In this document: one piece after another, positions 1 through 13,877 of the stretch
How positions within the stretch are numbered: the first letter of the stretch is position 1
Layout of the letters: each line of letters opens with the position of its first letter
NCBI RefSeq assembly: GCF_964355755.1
Contig: NC_092676.1
Location: 5,309,888 to 5,373,887, forward strand
Direction of reading: 5' to 3'
DNA from: Antedon mediterranea
Lineage: Eukaryota > Animalia > Echinodermata
DNA: 64,000 nucleotides
Made by a program: the position numbers and the translations under genes
The notes under the pieces: model-generated
The model's input: only the letters and a program-made list of their open reading frames with translations
Told to the model about the DNA's origin: nothing
Databases searched by the model: none

Positions 1-653
1 TGCAGTTACTACATTTTTTACTGCAGTAACGTACAGTATCATTTTTGTTGAAATTTAGAAGTTTATAAAGCAGTTACTGCAATAAACAGTGTGTATGATT
101 ACATCAAAAAGCTTGCTAAATAATTGCATTAAACTGGTAAACAATTAAACAAAATGTATTACTGCAGTAACTGCAGTAGAATAATTCTACTGCAGTATGA
201 CCAACAAAGGCTAAAAAAATGATTACATCCAACACATTATGAGGTCATGCCTAAGCCGCCAGCTAGGCTGCACTGATGACCCAGCAGAGTCTACTCTATA
301 ATACTGGTCTAGGGGCGCCTTCAGTGGCTAGCCTTGAACCTCTGTTAGCCTTATGAGCCAACAGTGAAAGTCCTATGGCATGCTGGATTAGCACAATATG
401 TCTCCAACTCTCATTGTTACAATTCGTCCAAATCAATAAACATATTTATATAATAACTCATTGCACAAAGATGGACAAAAGAGTTACAGAAACAATGGCA
501 AGAAGGTCTGATAAAGTTCAGTAGAATTTGATAATTTAAAGATAAAACAATTACATATTTTGTTGTTTATTATAAACTAACCAGATTGAACATAGTATTA
601 GTACAGTCAATATAATTAAAATTCCATAGAAAATCTGGAATCACAGATTGTTA

Positions 654-820
654 AACTCTCTCTACACTATCAAACTTTATGTGACAAAAAAATGTAATGT
701 GCCCATATGAACATGATAATGTTACAGTATATCTACCATATTTGGGCTTATCATTCATCACTACCATATTTGAGCATACACTTTTTTTTGTCAAATTAAT
801 TAGATAGAGTAGACAGAGCT
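654..820. mobile_element. MITE family A (Harbinger/Tourist-like)
   Basis: TIR AGCTCTGTCTACACTATCAAACT (diverged here), internal CACTACCATATTTGGG repeats, TWA flanks. Confidence 0.7.
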
Positions 821-1081
821 TTAGAATAGTTTTAAATTTGTCTTTTTTGCCATTACATTTTCCTTAACTTTCTACTTTCTAAATGCTCTATAAAAATTAA
901 GGCATAATCTGCTAAATGAATTGTTATTTATCATTAACAAAATCAATGTTTTAATTTTAATTAAAAGCATACTGTAGATAAAACAAAACATGCATATTTC
1001 ATGCTTTAAATACTATTACTACTGTACACATTACTGTACAGTAGGTTGTAGGTAAGTTGGTCGTGTATAACTAATGCCAAA

Positions 1082-1423
1082 GATTAACATACACCTTGTG
1101 TTATAGGTATAGAAATATTAACATCAAGCATCTGAACATGATTAACATACACCTTGTGTTATGTAAGAAACTACACTTTGTGCTAGATAAGAAATGTTAA
1201 CACTACGAGTCTGAACAGGATTATGTTATGTCAAGAAACTACACCTTGTGTTAGGTAAGAAACAGTAACACTACGAGTCTGAACATGATTATGTTATGTC
1301 AAGAAACTACACCTTGTGTTAGGTAAGAAACAGTAACACTACAAGTCTGAACATGATTATGTTATGTCAAGAAACTACACCTTGTGTTAGGTAAGAAACA
1401 GTAACACTACAAGTCTGAACATA
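1082..1423. repeat. Minisatellite, 68-bp unit, about 5 copies
   Basis: TCTGAAC recurs at 1131, 1210, 1278, 1346 and 1414. Confidence 0.9.
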
Positions 1424-3448
1424 ATAAAATATTTAAAAACAAGTACTAAGCCAGCATAAAGCCTTCGTTGTTGTTATGATCTTTTTATTTACTTAAAGAT
1501 TAACATTTTCACAAATGTGTGTGCTTCAAATTAACAGTGACGATGTCTACTGATATGTTGAAAGGTCACCAGGCTCTCATTAAGAAATCTAATCAAAGTG
1601 ACCAATCAGACAAATGTTAAAGTTCATCAGTGATATTGAAAACATACAAAATGCTATGATAACTGTTACATTGTTATTCTTCCAATGGCCTTCAGTTTTC
1701 AATTTTAAAAGCTGCTAATTGGTCGATAATTGCGCGAGACTGTATTTATATACCGTATTATCTTGGTTTATAGCCTTTACGTTTTCAGGTGGCCATACAG
1801 TATTATAACAATAAAACATTCGGGTGAGTAAGGCTTTTGTAAAAACTGTATCAACAAAATTGGTTTCATTTTATTTTGTAAGTCTGACAAATACAGTAGT
1901 AGGAGTAGGAATAGCAAATAAGGGAGAATGTTGCCTGGCCTACTGTAGGTCGAGACACAGCGATTTTGTTTGAAAGGCCACGCAAAGAGCTACAATACAA
2001 TTTGAACAAAAATGTAAGACATAAAAAGTGCGTGAAACCTTATGGGGGCGCTCTTGGATCCCACCTACAACGCTATGCTCTATCTGGCTCGCATCCTGAT
2101 TTATTAATTACAATCGGCCCACATTAGAAAACTGTTAAAAATCCCTTCTCTATTGGCTTCTGAGAAATTATAGCGTTAATTCTTCGTAAAACTGATGTTA
2201 ACAAATTATTTGTTTAACTGTAATTATTGTATAATTTACATTTCAAATCATATTTTAAAAAAAATAGAAAGTGATTAAAAGATGAACTTATTCTTAATCA
2301 ATTTCTACTGAAAAGAATTTTAAATATTCATTACCGATTTTTAATTTACTAAATAGTTTTTCTGAAGATGACATCGATGGCTATCTTAGAACTAGGACGA
2401 CTCTCAATCACTTTACGAGAAATCTCATCATCATTTTTGATATTACAAAAACATGTCGTCTCCCAGCGTTAATACAAAAAACAATAAAACTGTTTAAACT
2501 TTTCCATTTAAAAAATCCCTTTTGATTAATACTGTACAGACGATCGTGTTAATAATTTTGATACATACAATGCTGTAGTTTATATGATTTTTAAATTCAA
2601 TTATTTGATTAAACGCAAACTATATTAATTTGAGTTTATTTGGAATACTCACAAAAATTATGGAGTGAATTCTCTCACATTACGTTACATAATACTTCAC
2701 TTAATTTATTTTGCGTCCAAATTTCAATATTATAGTATTCAAATTATTTCCATTTTTAGCTGTTTGCCACGGTGTCGAAATGCTTTAATTTGGCAGTACA
2801 ATTTGTGACACTTTAAATAACTAAAGTACTACTCAATCAACCTGCCTCAACAAGCTCAACCCACCCCGAATCCCTTTTTTCCATATCTACCCCATAAACC
2901 AGTAGAAACAGGCCCTCAAATTATATTGTAGAAAACATTTTGTTTTATTTAGCCATGACTGTAGATAACAACTTATTAAATCACAAACAGCTAGGGAGTT
3001 AATTAATCAAGAAGTTCATCCACCATTTAATGAGAAGTTAAGGAGTCTAGCAAACTCAATAATATTCATCAACACTAAATTTGCACACAGTTGGATTCAC
3101 TGACAAACATGGTTCGCACAGGTCACTGTATTCTACAAACTGCTTAGCTGATAAATTTAATATTCAATTTTCGTCACTGAGGTGAGAAATTCATTAGCAA
3201 AACAGCCATCAAGCTTGTGGAAATAACCTGCCAATGTTTGGGTAAAAAAACAAGCAGTTTTTCGAAATCCCTAACATCATTCTCAGATAATCTAAATTTA
3301 AAAATGCAAAATACTATACATTATTAATGTTGTAATGTTTTTAGTAACACACTGTTTACAGTTAGTTACTTTACTGTATGTACTTAGTCTAGGAAATACC
3401 CGAACTAACACTACAGTTACTCGTATTTAAAAGTGCTAACAATTTAAA

Positions 3449-3763
3449 ATAATAATATAATAGACATTCTTATATAGGGCATAAGCAAGCTCTCGATGTG
3501 CTGCACATTATTACCCCGGGCATTTTTTTTTATCAAACACGCATGGAAACATACTTTCATAAATGTAGCTAGTAATCAGCGCAAAGTTGTGTCTTGATCT
3601 ATAAACCGGGTTCCCATTTATACACCTGGGTGGAGAGAGGCAAATGTACAGTATTAAATTTAAAGTGTCTTTCTTAAAGGATACAAGCAATGCGGCGAGT
3701 ATTGGATTCGAACCACAATTTAACGATCCGAAATCTAACGGCCAGCACGCTGCACAACACGCC
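3449..3763 (-). mobile_element. tRNA-derived SINE with CORE-like domain and L2-like tail
   Basis: B box GGTTCGAATCC; TGTATCCTT...AAGACACTTTA...TGCCTCTCTCCACCCAGGTGTATAAATGGG; tail CTATATAAGAA...TATTATTATT. Confidence 0.7.
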
Positions 3764-4012
3764 TTCACTCAAAAGATCCTTTTAATGTTAAATAAATTGT
3801 TAAAAAGCTAATAATTGTGACAGATGACGTATCAACAATTCTTTTTGTATTTCTTTAAAGATTTAAAAAATGTTTAAAATGTTTTTAATTTTAATGATCT
3901 CAAACAAGCATTAAACTGAAGAATATTCATACTGTAGACACAATCAAATTACAAAAGTTCTAAAGGCGTTTGTTGCACAATGCGGCTAGTTAAGCTAATG
4001 TACAGTGTTGTA

Positions 4013-4299
4013 TGTCTACACTATCAAACTTTATGTGACAAAACAATGTGATGTGCCCATATATGGACATGATGATGTCATATCACTACCATATTTGAGC
4101 ATATCAATACCATATTTGAGCACATTACACTTTTTTGTCACACTAGTTTGATAGTGTAGACAAAAACGCTTCTTTCTCTATGGTAATTACAGTATTAGTT
4201 ATTACACAATTCTATGAGAATTAGGGTACAGTGCTTGGAGACTTTGAAGAAACTTACATTTTTTTTTTGTCAAATTAGTTTGATAGTGTAGACAGAGCT
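4013..4299. mobile_element. MITE family A, one near-complete copy plus a 3' fragment
   Basis: TGTCTACACTATCAAACT...AGTTTGATAGTGTAGACA at 4013-4162 and another end at about 4255-4299. Confidence 0.65.
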
Positions 4300-4633
4300 T
4301 TAGAGTTTGATCAAAACATTCAGCTTCATCATTAAAAACTGTTTAAATAAATTAAAGAGTAACCTAAACTACAGTACATCAAATCACATTCAATCCATGA
4401 ACAGTTGGTATTTATAGATAATGAAAGATATTTTATTTCTTTATTAAGGTTTCGTTACAAGGTCTCATGACCTAGTTATCAAATTGACCTCATTCTGATT
4501 AAAAACTAATTAATTTCTCTATTTATCTAGGTTTGAAGTTTCATGTGTGAACAAGAAATTGACCTTGATAAGTGACTCATACAGTATACTGTGTGTGAAC
4601 ATATACTATGTTGGAGGTCTACCGAAACTCTAA

Positions 4634-4821
4634 AGCTTGGTTCCCACTAGAGACACAAGTGACAACATAACGCAACCTACAAAACGCAAGAAAATGCCCT
4701 TCAATATTTGTGTTTTCCCCCACCTGCGTGAAATCAAACCTACAGTACAGTATTGCGTTGTCAGTTCCCACTTGTGATTATGCAATACATCGTTACAGTG
4801 CGTTCTAGTGGGAACCACGCT
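4634..4821. mobile_element. MITE family B1 (Harbinger-like)
   Basis: AGCTTGGTTCCCACTAG...CTAGTGGGAACCACGCT with TAA/TAA TSD. Confidence 0.8.
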
Positions 4822-7004
4822 TAAACGTCAGGTGGTTCCTATAATAATGTTATACCAATGTTTTATTTTGTACAGGTACATGAAAACGGAGGATTCCATT
4901 CCAATTTAAACTCAATGTACAGTAACAAAAGTCATTGAAATTATGCAATCGGTGAAAATACAGAAATTTAATAAAATAATTTAATTATAAAACGTTCTAT
5001 AGTATAAAATTAGAATTAAACACCTTTTACTTCTTCTCTTTTAAATCATTCAACACAGAATAAACTATTGGGCAATTTTGACTAGGCTTATCTTGTGAGG
5101 AGTGACTGAATGGTGAATGAACCAGATCCAGGATTTCTCTACACCTACAGAGAGTAGACAGGTTCTGTAATAAATACAGGTATAGCCCAACCTTTGATAT
5201 AAGCCCACTCAATATTTTCATAAAAATTGACAAACTCAGAAAAAAGTCAATCAATAATTTAAATATCTGAGTAAACATATTTCTTTAAAATTTATGAATG
5301 TTAGTATTTTTGTTACAGAAAAAGAATAAATTAGGAAAATATTCAAATTGTTTTCTGGTGTAAAAATTTGACGATCAACATTTTTCAATCATTGTGTATC
5401 CAGTTGACAAGTTTATAGTCCTGGTACTCGCAGTACAGTAGTAAATGACAAATCTCCGAAATCCCTCAATTTAATACAAAAATAAAAGTTTCGCATATTT
5501 TAATTTGAGTGGGTCATCCATTTGTTATTTTTATCTTTTAAATAAATTTATTACTAAATGGCGCACTTTTTCTCGTTCTGCCATGAACTTGGCGCCAACT
5601 TCCTCTCTTTGATTCATCTAGAGGAAGTGAGACTGTCTTTCGGTTTATAAGTACACATGCTTCTTTTCAATTAATCTATTATAAAGGGTTGGGCTGTACT
5701 TAAACTAAACTAGACAATTAACAAGCATTGATTAAAACTGGTCCGCCAGCCAATGGTCAGTTAAATGCATGGCAGACCAGTTTACATAGTCAAATTTCAG
5801 TAAAATCTGACGAAATATCAATAATTTTATTCAATTCACCTTGTCGCGATTTCTTTACAAAATATTTCACACCTGGGCTGATTTTCGATACCTCATTTTT
5901 AGTTTTTTAAAGTTCAGGTATTAACAGTATTTTGGTTATTTGTAGGCCTCCCTATTATATAGGCCCATATTCTGTGACCAGTAAAAGGAGAGGAGGATCA
6001 GTAAAAATGTAATTTTATTGGTCCTCTTGTCTAGTTAAAAAAAAACCTTAATGGAGGCCCAGTTAAAATATCTAAAAGATCATCTACTGCAGTATAGAGC
6101 TATAAAAAATATGATGTGTCCATTTTTATAGACATGATGTCATACATCACTACCATATTTGGGGACACCATACTTTTTGTGTAAATTTTGACTGTGACTG
6201 TGACTGAGTGAATTGAAACTTTTGATATCAAAATAAAACGCCTTATTGTGTTTTTTTTTTCAGACAGATTCAGGTAGTAGGAATTAAGTGTACAACTCCT
6301 AACTAATGTATTCACCAGCGAAATAGATTCTATCTAAAATTCCCAAGGCTAAGCATCTTATAAAGTTACATATGAAAACATGTTACCAGGAAACCAGAGC
6401 TCACCAGGGATCTTAAAGCAAAGAGCAATGGTGAAATCTCACAAATCCACATTAATAGACAAATCCTTTAAAAACATTTTATGAGGTAAATAACAATCAT
6501 TCTGAACCCATTTTCCAATCAACACTATATCCAGTCGGACAAATTCCACGATGCTGCGTTACGTGTGAATTACACACTCTGCCTCATACCATAGGCACCA
6601 ACCTTCCATAATACAGTACACACATGTGATACATATATGACGCTCTATCATATAACTTGCCTATGATACTGTGAAGATACAGTACCTAAAAAGTGGTGCC
6701 ATTTTTTGGAATACACAAATTATGCCAATTAAACACTATCTATTATTACTGAAACTTCCATCCAATGTGACATCTTTGTGAAATTTTTTATTAGTACCTT
6801 CCTATTCTAAGACAGTATTCGTGTCATGGAAACTTAAGTGATTAAGTCTTTGCACGATCTTAAGTACAGGGTGATAAGAAGATTCTCACCACACGTTAAT
6901 CTTAAGCCGATTGAAGCAACAACGTTTCCTTTAAAAACAGAAGTTCAATATGTAAACAATTTTTTTTTTGGTGAAAATCTGGAGAAATACACAAAACCAT
7001 TTAA

Positions 7005-7312
7005 AGATGTATTGTTCCCCTGAAAATTTTTTTTTTTCAATTTTGTTGTTGATTTTAATGTCACATAATAGTTATCTACTTTTTTTTAAACTGTAAATGT
7101 CAAAATGGCAAATTGGCTGCCACGCCAGCCAATTATTTTTTTTTTTTAATTTGACCACTTATTTTGTTATTTTATATGAATAAATATTATTTTTTTAGTA
7201 TTTTTTTTTTTTTTTTTGGAAGGGATTGATTTTATTAAAACTACAAAATAACCTCTTCAAAGTCTGATTTAATTAATTTTCATTTTTCATGTTTTTGGGG
7301 GACAATACATCT
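7005..7312. mobile_element. Kolobok-like MITE
   Basis: TTAA|AGATGTATTGTTCCCC...GGGGGACAATACATCT|TTAA. Confidence 0.75.
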
Positions 7313-8059
7313 TTAATAACAGTCGACCAAAATAATAAAAACTATCTTGAAAACTTGCTTCTCTGCTTTTGAATATTTTATAGTTCTAACATGCAAATTT
7401 TTGCATATCGAAGGAGATACTAATCTTCCCTCATCTAATTACGTAGCTACACTTTAATGATGAATGTTTAACTAATTCTTATTGTAAATATGTCAAACAT
7501 GAGGCCTAAACATTTGTTACAATGCCCAGACACATACTTTACTGTATTTAAAACAAGAATTCAATTATTTGACGATAGGTACAGTAGCATGAACACGACA
7601 AAACAGACAGAAATGTGGATTATCAACAAAATCTACAAAAATTAATAATGTTTTTAATATTTAAAAGTAAAACCCATAAAGTATCTTGTGTTCTGAGCCA
7701 CGAAATATGTGTATTCAGGCATGAAATTATATACATCATTCTTGTAATCTAAATATACAGTACCCCAGAAAAAATGGTTATGTCAAAAACCAAGTTCACT
7801 TAGATAGAGACTGTTCGTTTTTTATATTGCATTCATTTAGATTAAAAACATGTTAAAGTTCAGCTACGAATCAGAATTATTATTGTGTGATCAACAAATA
7901 ATACTATTTAATACAACTTTATCACATATTTTCCTAATCCAGGTAAAGTGCAATTTTGCTTTGTACAATTACCAACTAGTACAGTTAATACGCGAGTTCA
8001 GAAATAACTTCATCCATCCATAACTTTGTTTACAGCCAAGAACCATGGTTTATACTTAA

Positions 8060-8653
8060 AGCTCAGATACAGGCATGAATTTTAAATATAATATTTGGTT
8101 AATTGTACATAAATCAAATATTTGTAACAGAAATCGAGACGAAAAAACATGAATTTCCCTTAATATGGTCAAATACAAAATTTGGCAAAATTCTACCATA
8201 AAAACCAGGAAGACCTTTTTTCAGTAGTTAGGTAGTTAACCTAATGTAATAACATGTCTGGTTGGTGACTAGACGGTGAAAAAAGATGGTGGATATACGG
8301 TGGATAATTTTTGCTATAGCATGAAAATAAAAATCTGAAGTTGAATAAAAATATCAGAAATGTAATATTCAAGTTATATTACCTATATTTAGTCATCTGA
8401 TAACATTTTTTACCACACCATTTATTTTTCATAGCTTTTTAAAATGCCTCTCTATTTACAAAATTTGTGTACAAAAGAATAGAGATTTTACTATGTAATT
8501 TGAACTATCCCCCCACTGATAAGAAAGTGCTTATTTTCAACAAGCTCATGTAACACAAATAAAATCCCAAAAATTATGAAACATAGGGGAAACTGTAGAT
8601 CGATAATTATTGGAATGTATGATCAATAGAAATTTTGTGCCCGCACCTGGCCT
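8060..8653. mobile_element. Possible older Kolobok-like element
   Basis: TTAA|AGCTCAGATACAGGCA...TGCCCGCACCTGGCCT|TTAA with imperfect TIRs. Confidence 0.4.
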
Positions 8654-8794
8654 TTAAAAATCACGGAATAACTACAGTTAGGAGACTAGAGCAGGAAGGG
8701 AAGGGTGTCAAAAACGTTGAGGGTGTTGGAGGAAAAATAAAATAAGTTATAAAGTTACTGTATAAAATAGCTACTAGGTGGTACATTGAAATAA

Positions 8795-8886
8795 AGCTCT
8801 GTCTACACTATCAAACTAGTTTGACAAAAAAAGTGTGATGTGATCACATTTTTTGTCACATAAAGTTTGATAGTGTAGACAGAGCT
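8795..8886. mobile_element. MITE family A, internally deleted copy
   Basis: Perfect 23-bp TIRs around a short core. Confidence 0.8.
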
Positions 8887-9195
8887 TTAGGCTTTGCTTA
8901 GGGTGGAAGGCCTTAAAATTATTTAAGCTTTGTTCCAACTTCGACACAACGCAAGACTGTAAATGCAACTTGACCAATCACAACATGATATGTCATCTGA
9001 ACTGTCGCTTGTGACTGGGTTGAGCTTACGTCCTTACGTTGCGCCATAGTGGGAACCAATCTTTAGGCTTTGAAGAAGATTGGTTCTGTCCAAACCCATA
9101 GTTGTACAAGCTGTACACTTTTAAAGAGGATGTACTTATGCCAAATTTCGTCTTGCTTTTGGTAACTGGTTGTCCTCCTAGAACAAGGCCTTTTA

Positions 9196-9432
<237 letters not shown>

Positions 9433-9472
9433 TTATTTAAAAAAACAACACAAAAATAAAACTTAGTCTTAA

Positions 9473-9581
9473 CCTTTGTCTACACTATCAAACTAGTGCT
9501 CAAATATGGTGGTGATGCTTAAATATGGTAGTGATATGACATCGTCATGTCCGTATACAGTTTTATATTGTAGGCAGAGCT
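9473..9581. mobile_element. MITE family A, degenerate copy about 45 bp from a HIPK splice acceptor
   Basis: TGTCTACACTATCAAACTAGT...AAATATGGTAGTGATATGAC...GGCAGAGCT. Confidence 0.55.
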
Positions 9582-10715
9582 TTATATTGGCCATGTAAAA
9601 GAAGTTGTAGTGCAGGAAAAAATCTCAATGATTTTAAACAGTAGAGCTCCTCCTTTGGAATAGAGTTTCCATAAAAAAACAAATATTCCAACACTTCAAA
9701 ATATAGAACCTTTAAATTTAATCAATACAATTTAGAAAAGGAATAATTTCAACATCTATAATTTTAACTGAAACATTTCAGGTTTGTCTATTTTATTAAA
9801 CATAAACAAGTCATTTATTTTAGATATATTAATAACGTCTTTCTCCTATTAGAGCAAATAATGTAGACTTAGTTTTATCACCATTCAAAATTAATATACT
9901 GTCACTTTATTGCTAAATCTATGAAAAATAAACAAATGGAAGACTTCAACGAAGAAACACTTAAACCACTCTAATCAACAAGTGACCATGTGATTGGACA
10001 CTGACCGCGTGATTGGACAGTACACTAATTAGTACACCTTCGCTTAATTGCCAATTTACTTGTTTATTTCAAGTTGCATTCATTTCTATGAAATGTTTAG
10101 CAAAGCTGTCATTCGTCCTAAGATGTTTTTCATTAAACAGGAAATCATTCTATATTTAGCAATCATGATTCTCTAGCTTACTCATTTTTTTATCACTTCC
10201 ACAAATGTGTATGAATTTATTTTTTTTTAGCAGTTAGGGGGTCAAATCCAAAGTTTCCCACATCCCCAAACCCATCTCTCTAAAATTAATTTAAATTCCA
10301 TTACTTATAAATTTGAATTATATTTAATATTTTGTGATAATAAACACATTAGATAGGAATTCACATTTAACCTTTTATAAGAATTAATAATACAAATCAA
10401 GAGACAATTTTATTCACAATTACTTAAAAATACCAAATAACAAATTTAAATATTTTCAGTTGAATTTCACACAAATAGATGAATGAATATCTTTTTCTAA
10501 ATACTGTAAGTATTAAAATAAATATGTGGGGCATTCTTTTCATCATTCAAACCTTTGAACAATGATTTTTAAAATGCAACCTGAAAGCTGTATTAAACCA
10601 TAAGCTCCAAGCTCACCAATATACAGTACAGTAGTTTGCGTGATCTTTTAAAATACACTAAATACTGTATGTTTCAGCTAGCTTCTTTTGGGTGGCGATT
10701 GTTACTGCAAACTAT

Positions 10716-11012
10716 TTTTTTTTGTATTACACCTTATAATACTCCAGCTTATATTGACAATCAAGGGGCCCTCTTGATGAGTGACTGTATACTAGTAGAC
10801 TGGGGTAACTTCCTACTAGTCTCGAAAGATGTACTAGGTTCTTTAAAGTGCAACATGAGTCAGATGTGTACACTGGACCTACGGTTTATAGTCCTTATCC
10901 GAGAAGAATCGTTCTACCGCCAGAACCATGGAGAGAGTGAGGCTCAAAGCCTTGCCAATGTTAATATGGCAAGGTATTACGGTTCCACTGTCTTAACACT
11001 CACTCACTAGTC
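10716..11012 (-). mobile_element. SINE with Nin/Deu-like central domain
   Basis: Minus strand CTCGGATAAGGACTATAAACCGTAGGTCC...GCACTTTAAAGAACC...TTTCGAGACTAGTAGG resembles the Deu/Nin domain; degenerate tRNA-like head; short A tail. Confidence 0.6.
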
Positions 11013-11172
11013 TTACTACAGTACATGTCAAGTAACTAATATATTAAATTTATGCAAAGATTTCATGAAATCCAGAAAGAGTATTAAGTATCACCATAAG
11101 ACTTTGTATTCATAGACCACATTAATTCACAAAGTGTGCTAAAATCAGGTTCACCTAATGACACCGTTTTCA

Positions 11173-11379
<207 letters not shown>

Positions 11380-11796
11380 CTAAAATGCAAAAATAGAAGT
11401 CATTTTATCATTTTATTTAAAAAACAAGGTCAACATATTTGCCCGAGCTACAATTTTCTTGTGAAGTAAAATTAATAGGTATGTGACATTCTAAAATTCA
11501 AAAGAATGCAAAAAAAAAATGTTTATTTGATCTCTTTTATTGCCAAAATATTTCCTTCAAAAGATTTAAATTATGTAACTTTGCAGTTCTATTTTGATCT
11601 GTTTATCTTTTGGCTAAAGGAGAGATTTATGGTTTCAGTAAAAACTGCATAATCATGTGATTCTGTCATGTGACGTATCGTGAGAGATCTTTCACATTGA
11701 TGTGGTCACCGAGGATCATCAGAAAGAGGAAGTCAAATCAAATTTATAATTTCTTAAATAAAACTTATGTTTTCACAATTTAAAACAACAGTCTTA

Positions 11797-11958
11797 AGCT
11801 CTGTCCACACACTATCAAACTTTATGTGACAAAAAAGTGATGTGCCCATACCTGTATATAGACATTATGTCATATCAGTACTATATTTAAGCATTACTAC
11901 CATATTTGGGCACATCACACTTTTTTTGTAAAACTAGTTTGATAGTGTAGACAGAGCT
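11797..11958. mobile_element. MITE family A
   Basis: Full TIRs with TTA/TTA TSD. Confidence 0.8.
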
Positions 11959-12481
11959 TTAACCAAATTATACAATTTGTGATATACTAAAGATTAGAGC
12001 AAGTTTCAAAAGGTTAAAGGTTAAAAGGTCAAAATGAGTATTGGATTATTGGAAGATACTTTATACCACACATAACTCTCCTCAAGTGATAATGATAAGC
12101 TGTTAAAACTGTTAAATAAATTTATTTTTACTGTTATATAATGCCTTTGTATTACATAAGGAAAGTACCGTACTACCCTCAAATTTATTTATTGATCACA
12201 CATCAACTTTCAAGATATGGTATGGGATTATTTAGACACATAAAAAAAGGCAGCTTATAAAAAATACAACCCGTCATCACCTTTGTTCAATTCATTAATT
12301 TTTGTTTGCCTTAATCCATACAATAATCAATAATTAATAATCAATACATTGCAACTACTCTTTTACTTAGTTATCCGCACTTGAACATGAACATGTGTGA
12401 ACATTGTAAAAGTGATTTTTTTTTTAGTTTACTTTTCATTTTTACTGCAACAGTAAATACATGTTCACACACGCATCATAA

Positions 12482-12773
12482 CTTGTATTATACGTAGATC
12501 TTCAGTTTGCAAAAGATCTCTTAGGTCGACCACTAATCCATCTGCACTTTTTGTTCCACCCAGTCGCCTATGGTGATCGAGCTTTTGCAGTTGCAGCTCC
12601 TAAAATGTGAAACAATCTTCCTGATCCTATTAAAAATGCATCCTCTATCAGTTTTCAAAACACTCTTAAAAACCCATCTTTTTTCTTTGCAATTTCTGTC
12701 TGCTTTTTCTCACAGCGCTTTGGGACAATCTTTCGATTGTATTAGCTCTATAAATCGAACATCATTACATTAT
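12482..12773 (+). mobile_element. L2/CR1-group LINE 3' fragment
   Basis: Broken translation YGDRAFAVAAPKM*NNLPDPIKNASS..FKTLLKTHLF followed by a short CATTA-type tail. Confidence 0.75.
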
Positions 12774-12892
12774 GATGGTTCACTAGTAATATCTTGACCC
12801 GTGTCTTAAGGTAAACTTCGCTGTCATTTTCCATCAGCCAAGTTGATACTCAGAAACATGTTAATGCACTTTCCAAAAGTACTTTGAACTTA

Positions 12893-13235
<343 letters not shown>

Positions 13236-13877
13236 TTATTATTATAGACCACCTAAATAAATTCCTGTCATTTGATTGGATGATTGTGGGTCACATGGTG
13301 TGCAATAGTACAATCGTGCAATAGTACAATCATGCAATATTACTTTTTCATTTTTTTGTGTATGAAAAACAATTTTTCTCTCTCGTATGAAAAAAAATAA
13401 TAACTGGCTATCAGCCAGATACAAAGCTTGGTTCTCCCTAGAATGCAATGTAAAGGAGGCATACACAATGTAGGTAATTTGATCAATCACAATAGACAGA
13501 TCATCAAAAATATAACTTTAAAAATTTGTCCAACTACTTCCATTAATATAGTACTTAGTACAGGGCTCGAAATTCACGCTAGCAAACTAGCATTTTCCTA
13601 GTAGATTCTTGATAATTGCTAGTTGAAAATTTCAAAACTAGCAAATGTTTGCTAGTGTAATTTTTGAAAAAATACGTACTTTTTAGCTTAGCCACGCTAG
13701 CCGCCAATCGCTATGTCGACAACGGCTAATAGGAACCAATTTGGTGAAAACAATCGTTTCATTTACACGCCGCCAATTTACGTCAAGGAAACGCGAATAG
13801 CACCGTGAATCATGTGGTAGCATAGTTAACGATGCGCATTATAAACAGCAAGCTTTTCCCCAACACAAAAGGCATGT

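Noticed and set aside
262-335. CTGATGA inside a small hairpin as a hammerhead or C-box
   Set aside because: No GAAA...UH and no properly placed D box.
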